Of a stretch of DNA of 64,000 bases, positions 1 through 12,426 are shown one piece after another (position 1 is the stretch's first letter; every line of letters starts with the position of its first letter). A program made the translations under genes and the position numbers. This DNA is from a virus: IMG/VR virus record IMGVR_UViG_3300027708_000023. One strand, written 5' to 3'. The notes under the pieces are model-generated. The model ran no database searches and had not been told where the DNA came from. It worked only from the letters and a program-made list of their open reading frames with translations.

Positions 1-744
1 TTGCCAAAAACATCTTCAGCAAGTTTAACGTCAGCACCAATAGTAAAAACCTCTATCTTATCTTTCATTATTTTCTCCGTTTTCTATCCATAGGTTATGA
101 TCGAACATCGGCGGCTTGTCTTGATCTAATAGTAGTCTGCGTTCTTCTCGCAAAGAACCTATTTCTTTTCTTTGAGTTCTAATCTCATTTTTAAGAGATT
201 CTATCATATATTTCTGTTGTTCTATGGTTTTTTCCAAGCTATTAATGTAATTATCTACATCAAACAGAGGATCTTTTTTCTCAAGCTGTTTCATGATTCC
301 ATATTTTTTCTAAGTAATTTAGTAGAGTGTCTGTTTTATTGTCATTGTAAAAACAGTCCCAATCTGTTGATGCTAACTGTCTGCTTTTTTCCGGCCAAAC
401 TTCTGATAGGGAATTCATAACTGTCTGACCATACCTTAAGCCATATTTTTTAAGATCATGATCAACTTTATTCCTAAATTCAGAATAATTCATTGGTGTT
501 TTTTCTTGAGAAGTCTAACAATATCTCCAGCAGTATCCGCAACATTATTTCCACCAAGATAATACTGTCCAGTAAGTTGAATCATTTCGTCCAAAGAACC
601 TTGAGCATTATAAAGTCTGGCCCATTTTGGTTTATATTCATCTTTCATGTAATTCCAAACGCTATTATAGAAATCGCAAATAGCTTGATTTACTGACTCT
701 TTCATTGCTTTTCCTTTTTAGTGGAAGATTCGGTGTTCGACTCT

Positions 745-773
745 AGTTTAACACGCTCTGGGTGCTTTGTCAA
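745..773 (-). promoter_or_regulatory. sigma70-type promoter
   Basis: Minus strand TTGACA-17bp-TAAACT upstream of ORF 490-705. Confidence 0.65.
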
Positions 774-846
774 GCCCTCTGGAAGCTCGTTATAAGGACA
801 GTTAATACAATCAGAGGACAGTGCCAGTCCTTTTTAAACAACTAGC

Positions 847-1200
847 CTAGAGAGCATCAACCTGTTCACTCTGAGGATATTCTTTGATAGTCCATCCTAA
901 GTCTAGTAAGTCTGATCGTATTTCGTCAGTAACAAAACTTTCACCAACATATCCATCATGGCTACTACCTATTCCAGAACAATACCAATCAATGTAACTC
1001 TCGCCCACATCTCGTATGTCTGCTAAAACACCCCCAGCATATCTCCAAGAGCAACTCCATTCCTCATCATCCTTATAGAATAAATTGTTACACATAGCGG
1101 CATAAAGATTTTGGCTGTAAGATTCACTATTTGCACATTTATTTGTGATATAATCCGACTTGATAAGATCATGTTCTAGATTAACTTTTCTCATGACCAT
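847..1200 (-). CDS. hypothetical phage protein
   Basis: 117 aa ORF, coupled to 1191-1973. Confidence 0.75.
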   Translation of the reverse strand: MVMRKVNLEHDLIKSDYITNKCANSESYSQNLYAAMCNNLFYKDDEEWSCSWRYAGGVLADIRDVGESYIDWYCSGIGSSHDGYVGESFVTDEIRSDLLDLGWTIKEYPQSEQVDAL

Positions 1201-1973
1201 AACTCCTTGCGTATTTTAATTAGTTCAATAAGCATTTTTGTATCTTCTTTCTCGTAGTCTGCTTCAATCTTTTCAAGTTTTTTGAATTGAGACAATTCTT
1301 TTCTTGTTATTTTACCGTCCATCAAGTTATCTTCTTTATCTTGATTCCAAGATAATTTGGCAACGTCCATAGGTTCTGGTCTATTTGGGCGATCTTTCCA
1401 CCAGAGATAAAGCTCTTTGATCTTTTGTGCCTTAATACTTTGATGGGTTGGTTTCCCATATTTAGGATCTTTTTTATTTATTCCCCAATCTTTGTTATAC
1501 TTTAGACCACAAGCCCATTTTAGATAAGCTAATCCTGCTTCAATTGATCGACCACGTTTGAACTTGTAGTTTTTAGTACCTTTTTTAAGAGACCATTTTG
1601 CCAGATGAGCATATTCAATCTCTACAAAATCCACAAGCTCATTAAATAATCCATGAAGAATTCTGTAATCAAGCTCATAGTAATGTCCCGGCTTTAGTCC
1701 AGTTTTTAGATAATGTGTTTTAGTTATCCAACGATTGTTAACGTAGTACCTTATCTCCCCGTAAACATCAGCAGGAAACATGACCAATCCTTGTAGTTTA
1801 GATAGTCCATCCTCTGCCAACCAATATCTAATTGGTCTTTTCTTTCTTTGTTCTTTATTCCATTCGTCCCACTTACCCCACTCTAAAGCATATGGTTTTT
1901 TCTCTCCACGAATAAAATCCGCAAACTTAGAACAACTCCAGTAATTTACTCTTGTCCTTGGTCTGAACCACAT
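1191..1973 (-). CDS. hypothetical phage protein (Trp/Lys-rich)
   Basis: 260 aa ORF in co-directional cluster. Confidence 0.8.
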   Translation of the reverse strand: MWFRPRTRVNYWSCSKFADFIRGEKKPYALEWGKWDEWNKEQRKKRPIRYWLAEDGLSKLQGLVMFPADVYGEIRYYVNNRWITKTHYLKTGLKPGHYYELDYRILHGLFNELVDFVEIEYAHLAKWSLKKGTKNYKFKRGRSIEAGLAYLKWACGLKYNKDWGINKKDPKYGKPTHQSIKAQKIKELYLWWKDRPNRPEPMDVAKLSWNQDKEDNLMDGKITRKELSQFKKLEKIEADYEKEDTKMLIELIKIRKELWS

Positions 1974-2166
1974 ATTAATACCAGCCTTTATAGTTCGATG
2001 TATTTTAGTATATTTAGTATTTTTCGTGCTAATGCAGCACCGCCTACAATCCTACCATCATTATAGTCTTCTCCATATCCAATATTAGACTCATGATCCT
2101 TTTGATCTTTGATTTTACGATTACACAATTTGATAATCTCAAGGATATTAGCTTTTTCTATTTCTG

Positions 2167-2403
2167 TCACAGGATAGCCTCTTTGGTTTCCTCATCAAGA
2201 ACTGGATTATCAAAACATTCCACTAGTCTTTCTACGGTAACTTTTAGATCTTCCAAACTTTCTGCCAAGATTCTAATAGGCTCTTCTGTCCAGCCTTGTA
2301 CTTTTCCATTCTCATCATAATAAACTTCATGAATAGCATAATAAATACTATCATCCATATGAGTTCTTGGTTCGATATGCCTAATTATTCTATGGTTCCA
2401 CAT
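2167..2403 (-). CDS. hypothetical phage protein
   Basis: 78 aa, AAGGA RBS, overlaps next ORF by 4 bp. Confidence 0.7.
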   Translation of the reverse strand: MWNHRIIRHIEPRTHMDDSIYYAIHEVYYDENGKVQGWTEEPIRILAESLEDLKVTVERLVECFDNPVLDEETKEAIL

Positions 2404-2541
2404 GATTTAATCCTTTATATTAAAGCGGCATTTCTCAGTCATTTACACAGAATGTCGCCAAGAGTCTACGGAAGTTGATTGTAGGGAATACCCGCGATCC
2501 CAAACCTTTCGGCATCAACATTTTTATTATATCTTCTGATA

Positions 2542-3159
2542 CTAAACTGTCAATAGTTCCGTTTCCAATTCATTTAAACATCTAAAGTCTGTGCCACTTA
2601 TATTCATATTCCAACTCTTATGATAATGACCAAATCGCCACTTCTTAGGTTGATGAATATTAAATAGTTCTTGCAAAGCCCATCCTGTTAGGTTCTCATA
2701 TTTTCTTTGGTTACGATCCAATATTTTTAGACTAACCTCATCTGGACAATCATGAGTTAAAACAATGTCGGGTTTAATCTCTCTATAAAGCTCTCTAGCT
2801 TTCATAAACTGGTCTATAGTAACCTGTTCTTGTTCCCACCAATTTATTCCAATAGTTCGATCTTGACGATCAATACTATAAGCCCCTCTATAATAGAAAA
2901 AATTTACCCCATTTAGGCATGAGTAACCAAAATTCCCAAGGTAATGAGGAATATGAATAATCCTATCATAATGATCATGATTTCCTCCTATGATCTTGTG
3001 CTTTTCATCGTCCACATTAAATACTGTACCATAATCAAAACCAAAATCTCCTAATTGAATAGTATACGGATAACGATCTTGTTCTCTGATAATTTCATGA
3101 TAGCGTTTATACTTACCATGAACGTCGCCAATAAGAGTAATTGAATTATTCATATCCAT
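2542..3159 (-). CDS. calcineurin-like metallophosphoesterase
   Basis: Motifs GDVHG, LGDFG, GNHD, THDCP, FGHYH in canonical order. Confidence 0.9.
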   Translation of the reverse strand: MDMNNSITLIGDVHGKYKRYHEIIREQDRYPYTIQLGDFGFDYGTVFNVDDEKHKIIGGNHDHYDRIIHIPHYLGNFGYSCLNGVNFFYYRGAYSIDRQDRTIGINWWEQEQVTIDQFMKARELYREIKPDIVLTHDCPDEVSLKILDRNQRKYENLTGWALQELFNIHQPKKWRFGHYHKSWNMNISGTDFRCLNELETELLTV

Positions 3160-3430
3160 TTAAAGGATCGTTTTCATAAGGATAACTAAACGGCCCCAAA
3201 ACACTTTTTCTTTTTTCTTTCAGTAAATTAATTACATCATTAAAACACATCTCGCACAGATCAACCTCAAATCTTGATCCATCATTCTGTGAGCCATATC
3301 CCCAACAAGATTCAAGAGTGGCATAATCTGGCCCCACATCTGGATAGTTAGTGGTACTTTTCCCACAAACATCACATGAAACGTCATCAAGAACTTTTCT
3401 TATTTCTTCTTTAAATGTTCTCATTACCAT
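3146..3430 (-). CDS. small Zn-finger-like protein
   Basis: CDVC and CEMC pairs. Confidence 0.6.
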   Translation of the reverse strand: MVMRTFKEEIRKVLDDVSCDVCGKSTTNYPDVGPDYATLESCWGYGSQNDGSRFEVDLCEMCFNDVINLLKEKRKSVLGPFSYPYENDPLNGYE

Positions 3431-3770
3431 CTTCGTGACGGATCACGCCTTTTGGGTTTCTTATTTTTAATTTTAGTCATAGACCAACCATCTGGCAATA
3501 CGTTTGCTTGTTTTGTAGACATTCCAATATATTCTGCAAAATAGCCCATAGTTTTCTTGTATCCATCAATAATAACGTCTTTAGAACAAGTTTTCTTCAG
3601 TAAATCTTCAAAACTCTTAGCCATGATTAATAATCTCCAGAATAGTTTCTGCTAGTGTTGAGCGGCCCACAATTCGTCCATCCTCATAAGGATCATTATA
3701 ACTAGATTTTTGGCTCCAAACTTGCATAATACCCAAGCATAGTCTCCTAATCTCTTCCATCTTTTCTTCT

Positions 3771-4082
3771 TTAGTCATTTGTTGCCTCTGCTCTAACATA
3801 AAAGGTTTGGTCAATATTGCATCGTCCAAGAGCAATTCTAACGCCCAGTTTCTTATTGTAGTTTTCTTTCTTGCTGCAAATAGCGAGCCCATCATAATGA
3901 TCGCCAGATGGGCCATCAATTATAATTTGGGTTGACCCACCTTTAGTATCTGGATCAATAGGCCCATAACCCTGTTCACCACTAGGCTTGCTGCCCACTT
4001 GCCACTTATAATAGCCATTGTAAAGACGATTGTGAAGAACCCTAACCTTATATCCACTATTACGAAGCTGTTGAATTGTCAT
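3771..4082 (-). CDS. hypothetical phage protein
   Basis: 103 aa, GGGAG RBS; CSKKENYNKKLG..IALGR segment. Confidence 0.7.
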   Translation of the reverse strand: MTIQQLRNSGYKVRVLHNRLYNGYYKWQVGSKPSGEQGYGPIDPDTKGGSTQIIIDGPSGDHYDGLAICSKKENYNKKLGVRIALGRCNIDQTFYVRAEATND

Positions 4083-4523
4083 ATTTTTCTCCCATTAATG
4101 TATGCCACAAATTTCCACGGTACGAGTAATAATAATCTTGTTGTATTCCGACAAGAATTTGTTTAGGTTGTCTTGTTTGATAGATAGTTCATGATTGTTC
4201 TGACCAATGAAATACTTATCAATCAAATCTTGAACTTTTTGTTGAACTGTTGGACTCATAAACTTTCTCCAAAGGATACCCAAGTATACTGTGTTATCGG
4301 CGTTTGTCAACAGACACTTTACAAAATCACCCATTGTCTTTGTAAAGACCAACACTTATTCCACCTTCATAATATTCACCCTTGCGATATTCTGGAAAAT
4401 CTACTTCGTTTACTCCAAATCCGATCCTGAGATACTCATTAGTGTAAACTTCCCCCACAAAATAGTCATCAAAAACTTTAATCTTTTCGATGGTTGATCC
4501 TCTAGCCACAATAAAAACCCATC

Positions 4524-4913
4524 TCATTTGTTTGTCTCCATAAGGCAGTCCTTTGCATAAATTATACCACGTTTGGTTGGAGGATCAACTGGATTTTCAA
4601 ACCTTTTAACGGATTTTACAATCCATCCAAACTTAGGCTTATCTTTCCAGCTATACAACCCACCATTAATATCCACCTTATGTCTACCATTATCAGATTC
4701 CCACTGTTCTTTAGAGAGGTATTGAACACAAGAGCTAAAAGTAATCGTTCCAATAATTCTACTCTTAAACTTAGCCGATTTCCCCGGTGTTTCAATTAGT
4801 GCCAACTCAACTTCTTCTAATCTTGTGGGAAGTCGATAGGAGCGGGTTTCGACACTTTTCTGACCATTAATTAAAAGGGTAGACCAAGGGGCTTGAATAT
4901 TTAAACCGATCAC
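4524..4913 (-). CDS. ASCH/PUA-like domain protein
   Basis: N-terminal LNIQAPWSTLLINGQKSVETR matches the ASCH GxKxxExR signature. Confidence 0.85.
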   Translation of the reverse strand: MIGLNIQAPWSTLLINGQKSVETRSYRLPTRLEEVELALIETPGKSAKFKSRIIGTITFSSCVQYLSKEQWESDNGRHKVDINGGLYSWKDKPKFGWIVKSVKRFENPVDPPTKRGIIYAKDCLMETNK

Positions 4914-5143
4914 GAATTATTCCCCAAAAGGCTCAAAATTCACAACGTAAAGTTTGCCGTCTTTATTCTTGTATAACAACTCTGGGTTGTCCTTATCAGT
5001 ATACAACCAGATGAATGTGTTGTCAATAGGTGGATTCGTCCAATCTTTGGGATTTGAACCACTTCTAGTTAGTCTTATCTTTAGTGGCCCAACTCCACCA
5101 GAAGTTATATTAAAGCTTCCATCAAATCCAACTTCAATAGATT

Positions 5144-5428
5144 TCATGATTGTAAATAAGCAAGAGTATAAAGAACTAAAAAGAATAAAGAAACTTCTAT
5201 AATCGGAAAAACTGCTATTGCAGTTGCCCATTTGGTGGTAAAAAGGAATGGAAGAATCCCACAAACTAAACTAACTAGTGGAAAACTTAGAATAAGATAA
5301 GCAACAGCATGAGCAAGGACACTATTTTGTGCTTGGGGACTATCCATACTCATAGCTCCAGCCATAAGACATGGTATAGCACTAATTAATGCTAGAATAA
5401 TATTGAACGAACTTAAGAGATTAATCAT
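5144..5428 (-). CDS. small membrane protein
   Basis: Three hydrophobic segments; ATGA coupling to a downstream ORF at 4917-5147. Confidence 0.7.
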   Translation of the reverse strand: MINLLSSFNIILALISAIPCLMAGAMSMDSPQAQNSVLAHAVAYLILSFPLVSLVCGILPFLFTTKWATAIAVFPIIEVSLFFLVLYTLAYLQS

Positions 5429-5747
5429 GTTGTTTCAATCCACAAGATAGCCCAGCAATAAATCCAGTCTCAAAATAATATTGATCATTAGTATTTCCTT
5501 CATGATCTCCATCATCCCAAACTTCTTTAGCTAGAGCTTTAGCTTTATCATATTGTTCTCTCATTTTGTTTAAAACTTCTTGATTAATCATAATAGGTAG
5601 TGTTCTTTAAGAGTTTGATACAAATTTTTTACCTGTTCTTCATCAAGCCGCAGTTCGCTAGGATCAGTATTATTATATGAGAAAACCCTGACCAAGTAAG
5701 GCTTATTCTTCAAAAGTTCATTATAATGAATCTCGACAAGATCATAT

Positions 5748-6119
5748 TCAAGAATCAAAGTTCTTAATAGGGTCATCATTATTTTTACTTAAATTCCTAA
5801 GACACTCACTGTCTTGTTTCATAATCTCTCTAGCAATTTCCATTTGCTGTGATTGTTCATTATTATCTTTTATTCTTTGTAGTAGATTACGAAGGGTATC
5901 TTCTGCTGGGCCGGTTATATCAGAAACATCACCAAGTAGATCATGGATTGCCTCAATTTCTTCTTTAGTCAAAGTTGTTGGTTCAGACAAGTATAGTTTC
6001 TTTATTTGGTCATCTTGTCTAATATGATCATGCTCAAGAGCTAATCTATTTTTTGCAAGTTCAACAACATTTCCCTTGGAGTCTATTACTGCCCAAGCTA
6101 CTGGTTCTTGTTTAGTCAT
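5748..6119 (-). CDS. hypothetical phage protein
   Basis: 123 aa, EPVAW N-terminus, downstream of promoter at 6189-6217. Confidence 0.7.
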   Translation of the reverse strand: MTKQEPVAWAVIDSKGNVVELAKNRLALEHDHIRQDDQIKKLYLSEPTTLTKEEIEAIHDLLGDVSDITGPAEDTLRNLLQRIKDNNEQSQQMEIAREIMKQDSECLRNLSKNNDDPIKNFDS

Positions 6120-6188
6120 AATATATGAGCCTTTGTGTGTGTTTTATGGTATCAAGTGATAATATGTTATCGTTTGCAACGCAACGTG

Positions 6189-6217
6189 AGCATACCATAG
6201 GTATCGGGTGTTGTCAA
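6189..6217 (-). promoter_or_regulatory. sigma70-type promoter with CGATA spacer motif
   Basis: TTGACA-acacccgatacctatgg-TATGCT. Confidence 0.65.
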
Positions 6218-9200
6218 GACCTTACTTTAGATTTCCCCCACAAACATTGCCACATTTGTTCCATTACATCGCCAGCAACATTATTGATACTATTTTTTGG
6301 ATTAGGATAATCAGATAAGGTTTTGATCAGTAAATGAAATAGATGTTTATCTATTGGACTTAGTTGAATAAGTAACGATCCATTCTTCATCCTATGAAAA
6401 TGAAAATCTCTATATTCTGCATAAATATATTCTACTACCTTACAATGATACTTTTTGTATTCAGCTTTAGTCATTATCAAAATCCAATAGGTCAGGATTA
6501 ATAAGATCAATCATATAGTCTTTTGCAGCAGCCAGCATAATTTCATCGCCCACATCAATTAGAAGATCACTAAGATCAAAAACTATCTTATCAACCAGAT
6601 CATTAACGGCCATAAAATCATTACGATCTAGCTTAGATAATTCTTCTTTAATATGAACTATCATTAGAACATTCTTTCAATTTGAATTGGTTTGTTTTCG
6701 ATAATCTCAATAACCGCACGAACCGACATATCTATGTCATGTATCAATTCTGCTGTTTTAGCGTCGTGATAATCACATTTGATACACATATCTTTGATAT
6801 CTTTGAGAATAGTTAAACAGTCTTCTTTATCTTCATTAGTCATTAAAATAACTCCCCATATCCATTCCACCAATCATAAATTCGTACACAAGCCATATAT
6901 CCTAGTATACCAAATAATACCAGTCCAGCCATTATTTCTTCTCCTTTTCTCTATACAAAGGATAATCGGTTTCGTTTTTAGCTAGTTGATCGGCCAACTG
7001 GGCCACCTGTCTTTCGCTCCAGCCCGCAAAATGACCTCTCATGAAAATTTGAGTAAGTTCATTACGGTCTGGTTCATTCTCATAATATTTCTGGACTGCT
7101 TCTATCCAAGTTTTAGTTGCTAGTTGTAGCGGATTTTCAGTCATTATTTATTCTCCAGATAGTTAAAAAGATCTTTATTTTCCACCCATGAACGATCTCC
7201 CCAAATATTAAGTTCGGTTTCAGACCTGTGTCCTATTGTTAGTACAATATTGTCTGGTATTTTTTCTATTTCCTGTAACACTTTCACACAACCAAGACTA
7301 TAATTTTCCCTATCTAAAAATGTATCTCCAGTTTTTGTTCTTATTCCAATAAAATCTCTGTTCTCAGCATCAAAAACACCAAGATTGAAATTTCTAGAAT
7401 TTATTCTGTAGAGATGTCTGTCTTTACAGTCTTGTAGGGGAATTATTTTGATTATTTATTCTCCACATACCATTTCTCAACAAATACTACACTATCCAAA
7501 TATCTTGTCAACTTCATAATATCTGCACGTTCAGGATCGCCCATCCTATCACTTTTCTCAAGATTTTCCAAAGCCATAAATAGAAGATTGATCTGTTTAG
7601 TTGTCAAATCCAAATTTAATCTAGTCATTAGTTTAGTCTCCATATTTTCAGTAAATCTTTTTAGTCTTTCTACCAATACTTTTCCAACATTAAGCGGTTT
7701 AGTCATTATTTATTATCCAAAACTTCTTTCAAAAGATTAATGGCAGTCTCAAGCCACAAATCATAATCAGCCATATTAAAATCACTCACAGTATTATCAT
7801 AATCTACAATAAAGTTCCTGATATTACTTTGTAGTTTATCGTTCATGGATTATCCTCTACAAATTGGTTAAGAAAATTGGCTAATCCCCTAATTTCATCC
7901 TTGGTCAATTTCATCTGTATCCATTGCCAAGAAATAACATTGTTAATAGTTAAAGTTGACAAACTCCCATTTTGCTCAATATCAAAATTGAAAACATCAG
8001 CCTTATAAGAGTCCTTAGTTACAATGCTCATTCTTCGTCCTCATCTTCTTTATTGGTAATGTCGGTCATTTGAGATTCAATATCTTGCAAAACTTTGATA
8101 AGTTTATTAACGGTCTTTTTGGTAGGCCACCACTTTAGACCACTATCATCATTTGCAATATAGAATTTCATACTATCATTTTTAAACTCAAAAGTCAAAG
8201 ACACATAATCATCCAAATCAATATTAGTCATTTAATGTTCTCCCTCATCCATTTCCTATTATCACGAATGTAACTAATAACATCACTAGCTGCATTATTG
8301 ACGCTATTATTTTCTTGGTAATGAAATGTCAGCATCATCTTGATGGCATATTTTTCATCCATAGTTAATTCCTTCCAGTCCTCATCTGGCCCATATTCAT
8401 TCTCAATATAGTCAGCAACAGACGACATATACTCGTTAATTTTCATTTGTTTTTGATTCCAATTTGATTTGTGGGTTAGAGTCCCTAATTGATACTCTGA
8501 TTGTACTTTTTTGTGGGTTTGATCTCCCGTAGACGATTGAGAATAATGGTCAAATTAGTAGCTTCTGGAACAATTTTCTCATGAAGATAATCGCCAACAA
8601 CCCTCTTTAGGAGAGCAATTTCTTTATCGGTCAATAATACGTTTTTATACATTTTTCCCTACTTTTTATTACTTTTACCCATACCAGTAGCATCAGTATA
8701 CATCAAGGCATCCTCTCTGTCAAGTATCGGCATATCGGGCTTGACAACTTTAGCCAGTTATGGTAAAATCCATACTGTGAGATTACCCATTTTTCACCAC
8801 GGCGTAAGATAATAAGTGAATATTAATTCTTTTAGCCGTTAAACAGGTGGTATAAGCTAAGAATACCCCTACTTGGGCGATATCTGGGATTGATCATGGG
8901 TATAAACTGATGATTGTTGGGATGCTGATAATGAATTTGTAAGATAATATCGTACAGAAATCATAGAAACCACAGTAACTAGGGCCACAAAAACCAGATT
9001 CTTGATGAAAGGAACGTGAAATTCTTCAAATTTTGATTTCTTCATAATTATTGTCCTCATATAAAAAATGCTCTAAATGCCAGATCAACAGTGATCGAAC
9101 TATGATGCAGGAAAGAATGATATGTGGGCCATATAAAATAAGGGGATCATTACTTAACATTAAAATACCTCAAGATGCCCCAGTGTATGCCTATGAGGAT

Positions 9201-9955
9201 GGGTAGTGCTACTAGTAATACTATTATTCTGGTTTGATCATCATGAATGAAAGTAGGACAGATAGGTTTTCTAACTATGGAAATTATTTGAACTATCATC
9301 GTCATCTTTCCTAGATAAATAAGCTATGAATCTTAAGCTTCCATAGTATACTGCTGCTTCTACTAGAATCAAGCTTATCATAAAAAAGGTTAAGGTGCGA
9401 AATAATTCATTCATAACCAAATGCCCGTTTAATCATTCCGAAAAAATAATCAGTCTTTGTTAGAGGCTCAACCTTAAACTCAGGAAGTGGCTCCTTATCT
9501 TCTGTACAATTCTTGTCAGGACACTTGCCACAACTTTTTTTAGTACAAGATTTCTTTTTGGGGGCCGGTTTCTTTTTTGCCATAGTATAAGCTCGCTGAC
9601 TATCTCCATAAATTCCAAACCCGGAATTTTAGGTGAGACAAAACAACTTTATCTCAATGGTATTATAAAAGACCCAGACTACTCTATCAAGATTCCTTCA
9701 CTCTTAAATTCTAATTTGGGAATAAGATTACTATCGTCATAAGGTTTCTTAATATCTATCACAACAATAGAATCTGATAGGTCAGGATTGTCTTGTTGAT
9801 ATTTTAGGATAGCACCATGAATCTTTTGACAAATATAATTACAGTCCATCTGGGGTTGAATTTTTATAGTTGTTATCATACTAAATCTCGCTGACTGTTA
9901 CCATAAAAACCGACCCGATATTATTAGCTAGGACAATCATAATAGATTTATTAAA

Positions 9956-10027
9956 AGCAAGAGAAGAGACTCGAACTCTCAACATTCAGGTTGGAAACCT
10001 AACGCTCTACCATTGAGCTACTCTTGC
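9956..10027 (-). tRNA. tRNA-Gly(TCC)
   Basis: Cloverleaf: GCAAGAG/CTCTTGC acceptor stem, anticodon loop TTTCCAA, T loop TTCGAGT. Confidence 0.95.
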
Positions 10028-10036
10028 CTGAAGATA

Positions 10037-10384
10037 TTACCTCCACGATCTTACTCTATACCATTTACCATTATTACCTTGTGCTGACGCATCTCCTGTT
10101 AGAGTCATATTGTTGCTTGGAGTACAAGTGTTACAATTAGGACTAGAACCATAACCAACTCCTTCAAAACTACCAATAACACCCCATACATGACCAGTGA
10201 TGTTATTAGCTGCCATATGATCTGCTTCTGCTTGACAACGCTCTTGATCATTGTTTCCACCAATATAATTCTTAGTATAACTTTCTACCTTAGTAGTTGG
10301 CTGACTATAGTATCTTGGTCGAGCCGCCTCTACGGTAAAAGTAGTGACAAAAACTAGAGCAATTGCAATCATAAAATTTTTCAT
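10037..10384 (-). CDS. secreted Cys-containing protein (possible minimal CAP/SCP-like)
   Basis: Signal peptide MKNFMIAIALVFVTTFTVEA; GH..G...EGVG and GKWYRVR segments. Confidence 0.55.
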   Translation of the reverse strand: MKNFMIAIALVFVTTFTVEAARPRYYSQPTTKVESYTKNYIGGNNDQERCQAEADHMAANNITGHVWGVIGSFEGVGYGSSPNCNTCTPSNNMTLTGDASAQGNNGKWYRVRSWR

Positions 10385-10531
10385 AAGTTCCTCCGTGAGT
10401 AAAATAAAACGTATTTAAGAAAAGACCCCCGAAAGTGTGCATTGCTAAGAGGCATCGGGGGATTTATCTTTTCTTTGATCTATAATCAAACAAATCTGTC
10501 CTTTGATCCTTTTGATTATCAATCAGTTATA

Positions 10532-10747
10532 TTAACGAACCACACTACGAACACGGGCCACAGTTCTTCGACCAACATTACGGGTAGCCTCAACTGTTCG
10601 ACGGGTAACTGCTACTGGAACAGCAACAATTTCTTGGGTAACATTGACAACGCGACTGCGTAGAGTACAATGTCCATTAACACACTCGCCAGCATAAGTT
10701 GACGAACCAAGTACCATTAGAGCAAACACAAGAACAAACTTAATCAT
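10532..10747 (-). CDS. small secreted peptide (CxxGxC motif, Arg/Val-rich tail)
   Basis: Start reassigned to ATG at 10747 after CAGGAGAAAG RBS; signal peptide then GECVNGHC. Confidence 0.65.
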   Translation of the reverse strand: MIKFVLVFALMVLGSSTYAGECVNGHCTLRSRVVNVTQEIVAVPVAVTRRTVEATRNVGRRTVARVRSVVR

Positions 10748-10915
10748 AAACTTTCTCCTGTTGAAGTAATGTCGCGTCCCTGCGACTGTCATTTGACCTA
10801 TAATAGGATCGATGAACTAACAGGCAAGGCCCACTGACAATCTCTTTTTTAACTGACCCCACTAACTCGCTGACTATCGCCACCAACGCAAATCTGAAAG
10901 ATTAGGAGATACAAT

Positions 10916-11599
10916 CTAGATATTATCATCGAATGTTGGGTACATATCTTGAGTAGAGAATGAGCCGTTAATAATTTCGTTACATCTCTTAACGAACAAA
11001 TCGATATTAGTATTATTTCTACTTTCGTATAGATGATATACTCCTCCTCTATAATGTGTTCCTATTCCATAGTTACCATAATTATTTAGCTTCCATGTTG
11101 GCTCTGTTGCTTTTTTATCATAGTGTGTTGGATATAAACAGCGATAAGAAAAACCTACACTTTCTGCTTTTTTAGAAACAAATTGTGCAACATCGCAGTT
11201 ATTAGCTTCTCCAAAAGCAGGACATCCAAGTTCAAACCATTTTTCTCTATAGATAAAGAAAAAACAAGGAGCAGCAAATACATGACATCTATTTACAAAA
11301 TCTTGGTGGCCTGAAATTTGGGCCGTTCCCATGAATGTTTGATTATCATAGACATACTCTTGAACTTGTTTTATGATATTATTATTTACTGGCACACAGT
11401 CTATATCTAAAAAACCAACAACGTCTTCTGTTGATTTGTGTAAAACTTGATGTATCCATAATCCGTGAGGAGTATTCTGATGGTAATAGTTTACATCTAA
11501 ATTAAAATGTTTCGTTACATTCTTATGAGACTCTACCACTGCTAAATTCACATTATCCCAAGCCAAAGTGTGCAAGCTACTTTTCATGTGCTTCTCCAT
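10916..11599 (-). CDS. putative GT-A fold glycosyltransferase
   Basis: Hydrophobic strand followed by DxD motif (VVGFLDIDCVP); 227 aa. Confidence 0.6.
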   Translation of the reverse strand: MEKHMKSSLHTLAWDNVNLAVVESHKNVTKHFNLDVNYYHQNTPHGLWIHQVLHKSTEDVVGFLDIDCVPVNNNIIKQVQEYVYDNQTFMGTAQISGHQDFVNRCHVFAAPCFFFIYREKWFELGCPAFGEANNCDVAQFVSKKAESVGFSYRCLYPTHYDKKATEPTWKLNNYGNYGIGTHYRGGVYHLYESRNNTNIDLFVKRCNEIINGSFSTQDMYPTFDDNI

Positions 11600-12123
11600 A
11601 AAACATTGTTTTAAATGCTCTATATAGAATACACTATAAAGACAGAGCAGCTACCGGTTTATACTAAAGATTGGCAATAAAAAGTTTTTAGCCTTGACAG
11701 AGTCCTGGAAAAATGATATGTATTATGCAGGTGCGTATGATAAATAAGGGTTAAGAAGTTATAGAAGGGTATACTACAAGAGAGTAGTATCTACTATTCT
11801 AGGTAGCTCACACTAACAATATTCTCAGTTCCAAACTCACCAAAAAATTCAGGGTCCTCATACAGTTTTTTATTTAGATAATCTGTGATGTCTGTTTTAC
11901 TAATACATTCACAATCATCATTTGGTATGGCCAAATCCATTTGTATGGTAACGACCCGAATAGTCTGATTATTATCCATGATTTTTAGTTACCCCTGAAT
12001 CCCTCATATAGACCAAAAACAATACCAACTCCAAAGAAGAGGCCTAGCATTATAATTCCTGAGGTTAAAGAAAAGTTGACCACAGCCACCACCACCTTAG
12101 TATACCATATCGGCTCTGTTGAC

Positions 12124-12150
12124 GCAAAGCCTTGATGGTAAACAACTTAC
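12124..12150. repeat. solo 27-bp dyad site
   Basis: GCAAAGCCTT-N7-AACAACTTAC. Confidence 0.6.
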
Positions 12151-12171
12151 AAGAACATCTCACCGCTCTTG

Positions 12172-12426
12172 TTAGATTTTAATACTTCCAGGTTTCCAGA
12201 TTAGTCCTATTAACAATCCTAGAATAAAGTTTATTCCTGCAACATAAACAATATTCTCATAAAACTTGCGCACACTCAAGTATCCATAAAAAATATCATG
12301 AGCCATATACTCTTTAAAAGAACTATTAGTAAGAATTTCCAGTTCCGTCTCCATCATAGAGACTCCGATCCATGCGAATAAACATCCGCAAAAAATTGCT
12401 CGAAATATTCTCCACAATACCAACAT
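12172..12426 (-). CDS. small membrane protein
   Basis: Two hydrophobic segments. Confidence 0.6.
   Translation of the reverse strand: MLVLWRIFRAIFCGCLFAWIGVSMMETELEILTNSSFKEYMAHDIFYGYLSVRKFYENIVYVAGINFILGLLIGLIWKPGSIKI

Larger units (their letters stand above)
58..9879 (-). other. Cluster of ~30 short, tightly packed, co-directional hypothetical phage ORFs
   Basis: Minus-strand ORFs abut or overlap by 1-14 bp (e.g. 281-493/490-705, 7843-8031/8028-8231/8228-8446), many with GGAG/AGGA-type RBS; plus-strand ORFs here read as shadows. Confidence 0.8.
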
